This document shows, piece by piece, positions 47,501 through 59,990 of a stretch of 64,000 bases of DNA. The position numbers were made by a program, and so were the translations under genes. The DNA is taken from NCBI GenBank assembly GCA_963803915.1, contig CAWDOL010000010.1, forward strand, positions 15,763 to 79,762. The letters run 5' to 3'. The DNA comes from Candidatus Aminicenantes bacterium. Its GTDB lineage: Bacteria > Acidobacteriota > Aminicenantia > Aminicenantales > UBA4085. A model generated the notes under the pieces. That model worked only from the letters and a program-made list of their open reading frames with translations. It was not told the origin of the DNA and made no database searches. Position 1 is the stretch's first letter. Every line of letters starts with the position of its first letter.

Positions 47501-48788
47501 CGTCTGTTATGACCGCTGGGGCGCCCGGGCCAAGGTCCGCGCGATGGAGGAAGACTACCGGCTGGTTTTGGCTTATCACCTTCCGGGCGGGGATGGAGGC
47601 GGGCTTTCCGGGGAGAGCCGCGGGGCCGAGCCCGCGAAGGCCCTGCTGGAGAACCAGATCGCGCGGCTGCGTCTCCATGCCGCCCAAATGCAACAGGCCA
47701 AGCTGGGGCTTGAGACCGCAACTCAGGTCGAGGAGCTGGCCCGCGCCACGGAACGGCTGAGAGTCGAGATCGCCGAGCGCAAGCGGACCGAGGAGGCCCT
47801 GCGCGAAAGCGAGGAACGATTCCATTCGCTATTCGACAATATGGGGGAGGGGGTGGCGCTTCATGAGCTGGTTTTCAAGGACGGTCGGCCGGTGGACTAC
47901 CGGATCATCGACGTCAACAACCGATTCACGAAGATCCTCGGCGTTTCCCGCGAGCAGGTGATCGGCAAGCTTGCCGCGGAGGCTTATGGGACATCGACGC
48001 CGCCTTATCTCGATGAATACGTCGAGGTTGGAATCGGCAGAAAAATCGCATATTTCGAGACTTACTTTGCCTCCATGGACAAGCATTTCGCCATCTCCGT
48101 CGCGCCCTGGCAGAAAAGCGGATTCGCCACGATTTTCTCCGACATCACCGAGCGGAGGCTGGCTCAGGAGGAGATCAAGCGGCAGCTCTCGGAAAAAGAG
48201 ACTCTACTCAAGGAAGTCCATCACCGCATCAAAAACAACATCGCCTCGATCGGCGGGCTCCTGACCATGCACCTGAGGTCCGTGGCTGATCCCGAGGCGG
48301 CCGCGGCGCTGCGGGACGCGATCGGTCGGGTCGACAGCATGCGCATCCTCTACGACACGCTGTTGCTGGGCGAGGGGTACACCGATCTTTCGGTGAAGAC
48401 CTATGTCGAAAAGCTCGCGGATACGATCGTGGCCATGTTCCCCGACCGGGCCAGTCTGACCTTGGTCAAGAGGTTGGATGACTTTCCCCTCGAGCCCCGG
48501 CGGCTGTTCCCGCTCGGCATCATCATCAACGAGCTTCTCACCAACGCCATGAAGTACGCCTTCACCGGTCGCGAATCCGGAACTTTGGAGGTGGCTTTGA
48601 CCGTTGCGGACGGGCGGGCCGGCCTCATCGTCCAGGACGACGGCCCCGGGCTGCCGTCCGGGTTCGAGGTCCAGGATTCGAAGGGCTTCGGCCTCACGCT
48701 CGTCCGGATGCTCTGCCAGCAGCTGGGAGGCGTCTTGAAGTTTGAAAACCGGGGGGGCGCCCGCTTCCGGGTGGAGTTCCCCCTCTGA
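44552..48788 (+). CDS. large cytoplasmic sensor: AAA_16 (STAND-like) ATPase, TPR-like region, coiled coil, PAS, HisKA_2/HWE-type histidine kinase; one +1 frame change near 45127
   Basis: [21 protein letters not shown]...[11 protein letters not shown] (Walker A) ...[12 protein letters not shown] (Walker B) in ORF 44552..45211. It continues [19 protein letters not shown]... in ORF 45165..48788. The PAS domain ([19 protein letters not shown]...) is followed by EVHHRIKNN (the phospho-His box of HisKA_2/HWE kinases) and the HATPase motifs ([23 protein letters not shown]). Confidence 0.82.
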
Positions 48789-48801
48789 CTCAGCCCTGCT
48801 T

Positions 48802-48891
48802 CTTGCGCTCCTTAATCCCTCGCGTCAGAGCCTGCTCACGGGGTTGCGTCCCGACACGATCGGCGTCTGGGATCTGGAAAACCACTTACGC
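48802..48891 (+). pseudogene. relic fragment of a sulfatase gene (active-site region only)
   Basis: Translation [30 protein letters not shown] matches the sulfatase signature (C/S)-x-P-S-R-x-x-x-L-T-G-x-x-P followed by ...G.WD. The formylglycine Cys/Ser position is Leu. There is no upstream or downstream continuation. Confidence 0.4.
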
Positions 48892-48938
48892 AGACGCCGG
48901 GCCGACATAGTAGCGGCGGTCCTCAATCGGTCGGATCT

Positions 48939-49865
48939 TCACGGCTCCTCCTCGGCCTTCAGCCCGAAGGCGACCGGGCTGGTCGTCTTGCCCTTGAGCT
49001 TGACCTCGCCCAGGGCGATGAAGCCGAACTTCGTCCCCAGAACCTTGTGAATGTCCGACCCGACCACGATGGGCATGCCCTTGACCTTGCAGGCCGATTC
49101 CAGCCGGAAGGCCAGGGTCACCGCGTCGCCCATGATGGTCATGTCGCGCTGCGACTGCGTCCCGACGTTGCCGCTCGAGACCAGGCCCTGGTTGATGCCG
49201 ACGCCGACGGCAAAGGGGAAGTCGGGGTCGTCCGGGGATCGACGTCTGGCGGGCCAGGGCGTGGATCTTCAGCGCCGCCCGCACGGCCTTCTCCGCCGCC
49301 GCGTCCGGCTCCTTGGCCTCGACCGGCCAGTAGGCCATGACTGCGTCGCCGATATACTTGTCCACCACTCCGCCCAGGCCGGCGATGACTTCCTGGGTCT
49401 GCCGGAACCACGAGCCCAGAAAGCGGGCCAGCTGGTCGGGGTTGAGGAGCTCGCCGATGCGGGTGAAGTTGCGGATGTCGCAGACCAGGATGACCATGGT
49501 GCTCATGTGGACGGCGACCCGGGTCTTCTCCATGGCCGTCTGGGACAGCTTCTTGACCTCTTCGGGCGAGGGGCCGGGCAGCTCGAAGCGGAAGGACGCT
49601 TCGCCGACCTGGATGACGTCGCTGTTGCGGAGCAGCGTGGGGCCGATGATCAGCTTGCCGTTGAGCAGGGTGCCGTTGGCGCTGCCCATATCAATCAGAA
49701 AGTACTCCTGCTCTCCCTGGCGCCGGATCAGGGCATGCTGGCGCGACACGGCGAAGTCGTCCTTGAGACAGATCTGGTTGGACGAGGCGCGGCCGATACC
49801 GGTGGTGTTGCCGATCTCGTACAGGATGGGAGCCCGTCCGGGCGCTTCCAGGTGCAGATAGGGGG

Positions 49866-49869
<4 letters not shown>
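48939..49869 (-). CDS. FHA-domain class III adenylate/guanylate cyclase; one +1 frame change near 49235
   Basis: ATG 49869 in an ATGA overlap with the upstream kinase stop. FHA domain ([23 protein letters not shown]...[11 protein letters not shown]). Cyclase domain ([21 protein letters not shown]). After the shift: [25 protein letters not shown]...[14 protein letters not shown] (track ORF 48939..49142). Confidence 0.82.
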
Positions 49870-52695
<2,826 letters not shown>

Positions 52696-52863
52696 GGTTC
52701 TCACCAACCCGAGTGTTGTCCCATTCTAGGGGACGGGGGGCGGGAAGTCAATTTGCGTCGGGCGGGGCGGGCGGAAACAGGGGGAACAGCGGGCCGGCCG
52801 GGCGAAGAGATGGGGGGGCTCAGCTCTTGGCGTGGCCCTGGCAGGCCCTGTCCCCGGTGACGT

Positions 52864-52992
52864 TCATGCAGCCGGTCGAACGGTCTTGGTCGGGCCCAGG
52901 CCATATTGGGACTTGCACGTCCCTAAGACCATCTCGTTGGCCTGAACGCGGACCAATACGACCAGTTCGGGTGTCGTCCAAGTTTTTTTCAT
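52864..52992 (-). CDS. unlisted 42-codon ORF resembling a RiPP precursor leader (alternative end at 52820 if one base is missing)
   Basis: AGGAGA ~7 nt upstream of ATG 52992. Translation MKKTWTTPELVVLVRVQANEMVLGTCKSQYGLGPTKTVRPAA*. The alternative continuation in the frame of track ORF 52820..53047 is ...GLGPDQDRSTGCMNVTGDRACQGHAKS*. It is too short for the ORF track. Confidence 0.4.
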   Translation of the reverse strand: MKKTWTTPELVVLVRVQANEMVLGTCKSQYGLGPTKTVRPAA

Positions 52993-53021
52993 CGTCCTCT
53001 CCTGGGCTCTTCCCTTCTAAC

Positions 53022-53962
53022 TTAACGGCTATGGCGGGGAATGTCAATGCCGGGATGGAGACCGGCCAGGGCGTCCAGCGTCGCGAGCACGCCGCCGCTC
53101 AAGTCGAAAAAGAGCTTGTAAGCGGGGACGGCGACGGCCAAGCGCTCCACGACGGCCAGGGTTTGGCCCCACCACTCCGGCGTCGCCAGGGGCTTGATGA
53201 CCAGGTCGAGAAGCCGGCGCACGACGTCGCGGCGGTCCGGGATCGGCTCGGCCCCGTTGCGGCCGGACTTGTGGAGGAAGAAGAGGGAGTCCAGGGGCGC
53301 CGAGCCGGGCGAGACGTCCGGGACGTCGCCGTGGCTCCAGGTGCCGTGGATGCGGAAGCCGCTCCCGGTCGGGCCGCAGAGCGACGCGGTCGTCACAAAG
53401 GATTTCGGCGCCGGCGGCGAGCTGCCGCATCATGGTCGACTTGCCGGCGGTCGAGTGACCGGCGAAGAGCCAGCCCTCGGCCGCCCCGGATGACTCCGCC
53501 GGCGTGAAGCAGGCACCCGCCGCGCGCGGCGAGAAGCGGCGCCAGCAGGACCTGGTCCGTGGGCAGGAGGGTCAGGGAATCGAAGCCGTCCCCGGGCACG
53601 GCCACGGGTCCGGGCGTGAAGATGTCCGCGCTGCGGTAGTCCTTGGAGAAGACGGCCGTTTGGACCGCGCCGTCCCCCCGGCCGCCGATCCGGTAGACCC
53701 AGACGTCGCCGCGGTCGAAGACGGCGTAGGGGGGCTTGGCGTAGGCGAGCCGTGCGCTCCCGAGCGGATCGGGGAATTCGCGGGCGTGATGACGGATGAG
53801 GACGGCGTCGGGTCCCGAGGCGTCCGTTTCGAAAGCCTCGAACTTGCGGTGCAGGCGGAGCGGCGGGGCGTCCGGCTCCGTCTCCACGGCCAGAAGGATC
53901 CCGGCCAGGAGGAAGAAGCGGCGGCCGGAAGTGGGGGAGCGCATGGCGGGTTCCGTTCCCAT
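53022..53962 (-). CDS. HPr-kinase-like P-loop protein (HprK-related kinase family); two +1 frame changes near 53470 and 53395
   Basis: Three track ORFs (53393..53962, 53044..53433, 53022..53396) join into ...LLHAGGVIRGGRG-WLFAGHSTAGKSTMMRQLAAGAEILCDDRVAL-CGPTGSGFRIHGTWSHGDV... The layout LHA.gv..(G)..lF.G.SgaGKST ... DD ... GTpW.G is that of the HprK C-terminal-domain relatives. Confidence 0.6.
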
Positions 53963-54087
53963 CTTAGGGAATCGGCCATCGATGTCAAGGCGGCGTCATG
54001 GCGTGCGTCATGGCGGCGTCCTTTCCTTTTGCCGCCGGATATGGTAAAAAGTGCGCTGGTCCGACGGGGCCGCGAGAGGAATCGACC

Positions 54088-54744
54088 ATGAAACGCGAGA
54101 TCAAAAAGAAGCTCAAGGAAGACGAGTTCGTATCCGGATTCGGCCATGTTTGGGACTTCCTCCAGGCCTGGCGGCACGAGGCCCTGCTCGGGTTGGCCGT
54201 CCTGGCCGGCTTGGTCGTCCTCGGCGGCGGGCTGTTATTCCTCAAGGGCGTCCAGACGCGCTCTTCCAGCGCGGACCTCGGCCGCATCCTGGAGATCCGG
54301 GCGGGCTTGGCCGCAACACCCGCCGACGTGGTCAAGCTCGAGGAGCTGTCCCGCAAGGGCAAGTTCGCCCGCGTCGCCGCGACCCAGCTGGCCTCCTATT
54401 GGGTTGAGCAGGGCGACCTGGACAAGGCGGCCGCCGCCCTGGCCGGGATCAAGACGTCGCCCAAGGACTTTTTCTACTGGCAGGCCAGGGACCTTGCCGC
54501 CCAGATCGCCCTCCTGAAGGGCGACGTCGCCGGCGCCTTGGCTATTCTGGACACGATCGAAGCGGCCAAGCCCAAGGACTTCAACCTGGACGCCGTCCTT
54601 TTCCACAAGGCCGAGGCCTTGGAGAAGAAGGGCGACAAAGCCGCCGCCCTGGCGCTTTTCAAGAAGATCCAGACCGACTACGCCCAATCCTACTTCGGCT
54701 ACGACGCCGGCCTGCGGGTCCGCAAGCTGGAAAGCGCGAAGTGA
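54088..54744 (+). CDS. single-pass membrane TPR-like protein (YfgM-like)
   Basis: Met 54088 after GAGAGGA (MKREIKKKLKEDEFVSGFGHVWDFL). One TM, then Ala/Leu-rich TPR-like helices. Confidence 0.6.
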   Translation: MKREIKKKLKEDEFVSGFGHVWDFLQAWRHEALLGLAVLAGLVVLGGGLLFLKGVQTRSSSADLGRILEIRAGLAATPADVVKLEELSRKGKFARVAATQLASYWVEQGDLDKAAAALAGIKTSPKDFFYWQARDLAAQIALLKGDVAGALAILDTIEAAKPKDFNLDAVLFHKAEALEKKGDKAAALALFKKIQTDYAQSYFGYDAGLRVRKLESAK

Positions 54745-54784
54745 CGGGCAGACCCGAATCCGCTATAATGGAAGCTCAATTTGA

Positions 54785-55045
<261 letters not shown>

Positions 55046-55074
55046 GTCCCCTTCCCGCGCCGCCGCGACCGATT

Positions 55075-55109
55075 CCAGGAGCGAGGCATCCTCGCTCCTG
55101 GTTTTTTTT
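55075..55109 (+). terminator. rho-independent terminator after the ferredoxin gene
   Basis: Perfect 12-bp stem CCAGGAGCGAGG-CAT-CCTCGCTCCTGG followed by T8 (55102-55109). Confidence 0.85.
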
Positions 55110-55117
55110 CCTCAGCC

Positions 55118-56080
55118 ATGAATGAGCCCGGAGTCACCGTCCCTCCGGCGGCCCGGCCGCGGAGGAATTTCTTCGCCAAGGACCGGCCTTGGTTGAACGC
55201 CCTCCTCCTTGGACTGACGGCCATCTCGGCTTTCCTGGTCGGGCTTGACTGGAGCGTCGGCTTTCTGGCCGCGGGCAACCCGTCTGCCGCCGGCGGGGGA
55301 TTTGCGGCCGCGCTGAGGAACCCGCGGGCCGTCGGGCTGAGCCTTCTTTATGCCCTTGTCCTGCTCCTCATCCTGTCGGCCCACGAGATGGGCCACTACC
55401 TGGCCTGCCGGCGCTACGGCATCAGTGCCACGCTGCCGTTCTTCGTTCCAGCGCCGACGCTGATCGGCACCCTGGGCGCCTTCATCAAGATCCGGGACCC
55501 CATCACGCGCCGGCGACGGCTCTTCGACATCGGGGCGGCCGGCCCCCTGGCGGGGTTTGTGTTGGCGGTGCCCGCCCTGGCCATCGGCTTAGCCGGCTCA
55601 AAGATCATCCCCTCGCTGCCGAGGGAGGGCACCCTTCTTTTCGGCGAGCCGCTCATCGTCAAACTGATTGGTTTGGCTGCGCTGCACGGCAGCGGGCCGG
55701 GATTCGACGTCATCCTCCACCCGGTGGCCTTCGCGGGCTGGGTCGGGATCCTCGTTACTGCCTTGAACCTGTTCCCCATGGGCCAGCTCGACGGCGGCCA
55801 CATAGCTTACGCCGTCCTCGGCCGGAAATCCCGGCGCTTGGCCCAGGCCTTCCTGGTTGCCTTCGCGATTATGGGCATTTTCTTCTGGATCGGCTGGTTC
55901 GTCTGGGCGCTTCTTATCCTCGTTCTGGGCCTCAAACACCCCAGCGTCTGGGACGAAACGGCACCCCTGGGCCGGGGCCGGAACTGGTTGACGGTCGGCC
56001 TGATCCTCATCTTTGTTCTTTGTTTCATTCCTGATCCGGTCAAGGGCCTGGACCTGCTGGCGCTCATCCGCGGACTGTGA
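55118..56080 (+). CDS. site-2 protease family (M50) membrane metalloprotease
   Basis: 320 aa; HEMGHYLACRRYG motif, NLFPMGQLDGGH block, multiple TM helices. Confidence 0.88.
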   Translation: MNEPGVTVPPAARPRRNFFAKDRPWLNALLLGLTAISAFLVGLDWSVGFLAAGNPSAAGGGFAAALRNPRAVGLSLLYALVLLLILSAHEMGHYLACRRYGISATLPFFVPAPTLIGTLGAFIKIRDPITRRRRLFDIGAAGPLAGFVLAVPALAIGLAGSKIIPSLPREGTLLFGEPLIVKLIGLAALHGSGPGFDVILHPVAFAGWVGILVTALNLFPMGQLDGGHIAYAVLGRKSRRLAQAFLVAFAIMGIFFWIGWFVWALLILVLGLKHPSVWDETAPLGRGRNWLTVGLILIFVLCFIPDPVKGLDLLALIRGL

Positions 56081-56286
56081 CAAATGAAGCCTGGACTTTT
56101 TCACAGAAAGTGTGGAAAACTTGTGAATATGTGCGCCCCCAAGGCCGCCGAATGCCACCAAATCTCAGCACTTACGACAGATTGCACACGAATTCGGCAC
56201 ATCAATTATGTGTATTGTTTTCAATTACATAGAATCTACCTGATAATCCACCAATTGCGTCGCATGGCGCTTCGCCGGGAGAGGGC

Positions 56287-57132
56287 ATGATGCATGATTC
56301 GTTCCAGGCCGCGGTTTCCACCTTTGAAGAGCTGAAGAAAAAGTTCGAGGCCGGCGGTCTTTCGCGCCAGCAGTTCATCGACGAGATGAAAAGGCTCCGC
56401 CTCAAGGACGCCCAGGGACGCTATTGGATGATCGGGGCGCAGACCGGGCGCTGGTACTACTTCGACGGCCGGGACTGGATCGCTTCGGATCCGCCTCCGG
56501 TCAAGGACAAGGGGACCGTCTGCGTCTTCTGCGGCTTCGAAAACAAGGCGGGCGCCGATTCCTGCGGCCGTTGCGGCGGTACACTGGACGGCAAGCCTGA
56601 CGCGGGGGCCGAAAAATGCCCCGACTGCGGCGAGACGCTGAGCAAGCCGCTCATGACCTGCCCCCGTTGCGAGCCCAAGGGCGCGGACTTGAAGGGCGTC
56701 GAGATCGTGCGGCTGGAGTCGGGCTCCCTCGGTCGGGACGGCATCTATGTTGTGCGAGCGGTCAAGCCTTTCTCCCTGGCCCTGGTGCTCGGGGTTTTGG
56801 GCGCTCTGTCGGGCGCCGTTTATGGTGCCTTCGCCGGCGCCACCGGCTCACTGGCGGCGTCGATCGCTTCCCTTCTTCCGCCCGCCGTGCTCGATCTGCA
56901 GGGCAAGCTTCTTGGCGCCGTGATCGACGGTTCCGGCGGGGCCGCGGCCGGCTTCCTCCTGGTGGGACTTTCCGGCTGGCTTCTGGCGCACCTCCTCAAC
57001 TTCGTCCTGAAGATCACCGGCGGGCTCAAGCTGCGGTTTACGGTGCCTTATCGGGAGGGTGCCGAACCGGCGGCCGGGGAAGCGGAAGAGAGCGACAGGG
57101 ACGGCCTCGGGTTCAACCTGCTGAAGGATTGA
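56287..57132 (+). CDS. GYF_2-like / double zinc-ribbon membrane protein, function unknown
   Basis: 281 aa; GRYWMIGAQTGRWYYFDGRDWI, then CVFCGFEN...CGRCGG and CPDCGE...CPRC ribbons, then Gly/Ala-rich TM segments. Confidence 0.65.
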   Translation: MMHDSFQAAVSTFEELKKKFEAGGLSRQQFIDEMKRLRLKDAQGRYWMIGAQTGRWYYFDGRDWIASDPPPVKDKGTVCVFCGFENKAGADSCGRCGGTLDGKPDAGAEKCPDCGETLSKPLMTCPRCEPKGADLKGVEIVRLESGSLGRDGIYVVRAVKPFSLALVLGVLGALSGAVYGAFAGATGSLAASIASLLPPAVLDLQGKLLGAVIDGSGGAAAGFLLVGLSGWLLAHLLNFVLKITGGLKLRFTVPYREGAEPAAGEAEESDRDGLGFNLLKD

Positions 57133-59403
57133 GGGAAGCCAGGGCGAAGGCGGCCTGGCCGACCGAGATCGATTCGTCGTTCGGGGAGAAGCGGACCGGA
57201 CGCAGAACCCGGAATCCGGCCTTCTCGAGGCCCGACGTCGCCCGATCCAGAAGAATCCTGTTCAGGAAAACCCCGCCGCAGAGGACCACCGTTTCGAGTC
57301 CTCTCTCCCTGTCGGGCGATGTTAGCCGCCGCGACGATGGCCCTGGCCAGGGCGGCGTGGAACGAGGCGGCGATATCGGGCCGGGGGACGCCCTTCTCCC
57401 GATCGAAGGCTACGGCCCGGATGAGCGGCCCGAAGCCGATCCGGTCTAAGCCCGGGTCCGGGGGGGATGACGAAGGGGTAGCGCCGGACGGCCCGACCCA
57501 CCGCGGCTTCCGCCTCCAGCCGCATGGCCGCTTCGCCCTCGTACTCGTTCACCGCGGGAGCAAGTCCGAGCAGCGCCGAGACGGCGTCGAAAAGCCGGCC
57601 GCAGCTCGAAGCGATCGTCGCCGGGGAGCCTCGCGCGATCATGGCGCGGACGGCTCGGATCGTATCGGCATCCACACCCGCGGGGATACGGAGCCACTTC
57701 GCCTCGGGCAAACCGGCTTGGGCCAGGTAGGCCAAGGCCATCCTCCATGGCTGCCTGGCCGCCAGGTCGCCTCCCGGCAAAGGGATGGGCTCGAACGAGA
57801 ACAATCGGTCGAAGCCCGTGGTGCCGACGGCCATGATCTCGGCGCCCCAGGCTTCCCCGTCCGCCCCGTACCCGTAGCCGTCGAAGGCGATCCCCAGGGC
57901 GGTTTCGCTGGGAGAGAGGCCGTGCTCGAGCATGGCGGCCAGGACATGGGCGTGGTGGTGCTGGACACGGAGGTGGGGGATGCCGGCCTTGCGGGCGAAC
58001 GCCGCGGCCCAGCGCGTCGAGTGGAAGCCCGGATGAAGGTCCGAGACGACACAGGCGGGCCGGACCGAGAAGAGCGGAGGAGGTGGCTGACGGTCTCCTC
58101 GAAATAGCGGCGGTTCCGGTACTCGTCCAGGTCGCCCAGGAACTGGCTGGTGACCAGGCGCCCGTCGCGGGCCACCGAGATCGTGTCTTTGAGCTCGGCG
58201 CCCACGGCAAGAACGTGTCCGCGGCCTTCCCATTCCGGCGGCAGACGCTGCGGCTCGGGGACGAAGCCGCGGGCGCGGCGAACGAAAAGAGGCACGCCGC
58301 CCGCGAGCTTGAGGACGCTGTCGTCGGCCCGCATGTGGATCGGCCGGTTGTGGCCGAGCACGTAATCGCACAGCGAGGCCAGTGCCGGCCTCCTCGTCCT
58401 TCATGATCGGAGAGTCCTTGGGATTGGTGCTGGTGGCCACGATGAGGTCGAGCCGCTCCAGGAGCAGGACGTGGAGGGGCGTGTAGGGCAGCATCACTCC
58501 GATCTCGCGCAAGCCCGGGGCCAGGCCGGGGAGCTCGTCGCGCCGGCGGAGGAGCACAATGGGCCGCCTCGGGGACTGCAGCCAGGCGGCCTCCTCCGGC
58601 GCCACGACGGCCATGCGGCGGACCACGGCCATGTCGCGGGCCATGAGGGCCAGGGGCTTGCGGGAGCGCTCCTTGATGCGGCGCAGCCGGCGGACCGCGG
58701 CCGCGTTGCGCGGGTCGCAAACCAGGTGAAATCCGCCCAGCCCCTTGACGGCCAGGATGTGACCGCGCCGGATGAGCTCGGCGGCCGCTTCGATTCCGCC
58801 CGGCAGCTCGGCCCGCGATCCGCTCCGGCGCAGCCTCACCGCGGGGCCGCAGACGGGGCAGGCGATAGGCTGGGCGTGATGGCGGCGGTCGAAGGGGTTT
58901 TCGTACTCGGCCGCGCAGTCCGGAGCACATGCGGAAGCCGGACATGGTCGTGGCGGGCCGATCGTAGGGCAGGGATCGGACGATCGTGTAGCGCGGCCCG
59001 CAGTCGGTGCAATTGGTGAAAGGGTAGCGGTAGCGACGGTTCCCGGGCTCGGCGATGTCGCGCAGGCAGGCCGGGCAGACCGAGATGTCGGGCGAGATGA
59101 AGACGAGCCCCCGGCCCGCCCGCGAGGCTTTCACCTCGAATCCGGCCAGGCCTTGGAAGGGGACGGGCTCGGCGGACGACCGACTCGATGACGGCCAGCG
59201 GCGGATGCTCCTCGCGCACGGCCCGGACGAATCGGTCCAGGTCAGCGTCGCGCGCCGACTCGACCCGGATCTCGACGCCGGAGGCCGTGTTGGCCACCCA
59301 GCCCGATAGGCTCCAATCGGATCGCCAGCCGGTGGATGAACGGCCGGAAGCCGACGCCCTGGACGACACCGGAGACCAGGACGCGGCGGGCGTAGCCTCT
59401 CAT
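57113..59403 (-). pseudogene. hypF: carbamoyltransferase HypF, at least seven frame changes
   Basis: I traced it across frames. Acylphosphatase domain (MRGYARRVLVSGVVQGVGFRPFIHRLA) from ATG 59403. Zn fingers (CPACLRDI...[41 protein letters not shown]). YrdC domain (ILAVKGLGGFHLVCD). Kae1-like domain (GIAFDGYGYGADGEAWG...). Tail ...VVLCGGVFLNRILLDRATSGLEKAGFRVLRPVRFSPNDESISVGQAAFALASLNPSAG* with stop at 57113-57115. Length mod 3 = 2. Confidence 0.88.
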
Positions 59404-59404
59404 G

Positions 59405-59947
59405 TCAGCGGGGCCGCCAGCTGTACCGGCAGCCGCAATAGGCTTGGCGGTAGAGGCCGTGCCGGCGGGAGAGCTCGACGCTGCGAACGAAGCCGCCCTG
59501 CTTCTTCAGGTCGGCCTCGAGAAAGCGCACGCCGTGCTTGCGGCCGCACAGCCGGCCGATGCGGTTGACGGCGGCGGCGTTCTTGTGGGGGCTGACGGTC
59601 AGTACCGTGGCAAAGGCGGGCAGGCCCAGGTCCGCCGCCAGGCGGGCCGAGGCGTCCAGACGGAGGGCGAAGCAGACGTCGCAGCGGCGGCCTTTCTCCG
59701 GTTCGGCCGCGAGGCCGGCCGTCCGCCGCTCCCAGTCCTTGGGCTCGTAGCGGCCTTCCATCAGCTTGAAGTCCAGCAGCCCGGCCACCTTCTGGGTCTC
59801 CATCCAGCGCACGTCGTATTCCTCGGTCGGCCAGATGTTGGGGTTGTGGAAGAAGCCGGTGACGTCGTGATCCCGCTGAAAGACCTCTACCCCGTGGATG
59901 GCGTCGGGAGCGCAACAGATGTGGACGAGGAGGGGCAATTGGGACAC
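59405..59947 (-). CDS. queH: epoxyqueuosine reductase QueH (DUF208)
   Basis: 180 aa; LLVHICCAPD, C-terminal CDVC and YCGC Cys motifs. Its stop is 1 nt before the hypF ATG. Confidence 0.88.
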   Translation of the reverse strand: MSQLPLLVHICCAPDAIHGVEVFQRDHDVTGFFHNPNIWPTEEYDVRWMETQKVAGLLDFKLMEGRYEPKDWERRTAGLAAEPEKGRRCDVCFALRLDASARLAADLGLPAFATVLTVSPHKNAAAVNRIGRLCGRKHGVRFLEADLKKQGGFVRSVELSRRHGLYRQAYCGCRYSWRPR

Positions 59948-59990
59948 GGCGCTATTGTAGACCGGAGGGCTGTGGGAACAAGACGAGCGG

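Noticed and set aside
44552-48788. AAA_16/STAND ATPase as an anti-phage defence NTPase (Avs/AbiEii-like).
   Set aside because: The C-terminus is a conventional PAS-histidine kinase transmitter rather than a nuclease, protease or TIR effector. The architecture matches known signalling 'multi-sensor' proteins.
52820-53047. 75-aa track ORF (MTFPAIAVKLEGKSPGEDDEKNLDD...).
   Set aside because: Its N-terminal half reads straight through the RBS and start of the better-supported mini-ORF in another frame, and has no start context. Only its last ~25 codons are considered, as a possible continuation of the mini-ORF.
52820-53962. A lasso-peptide (paeninodin-type) cluster.
   Set aside because: No asparagine-synthetase-like cyclase, transglutaminase-like protease or RRE protein is in the window. 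The candidate core does not place Thr at -2 before a G/A/S/C residue with an Asp/Glu 7-9 residues later. I kept it only as a generic RiPP-like candidate.
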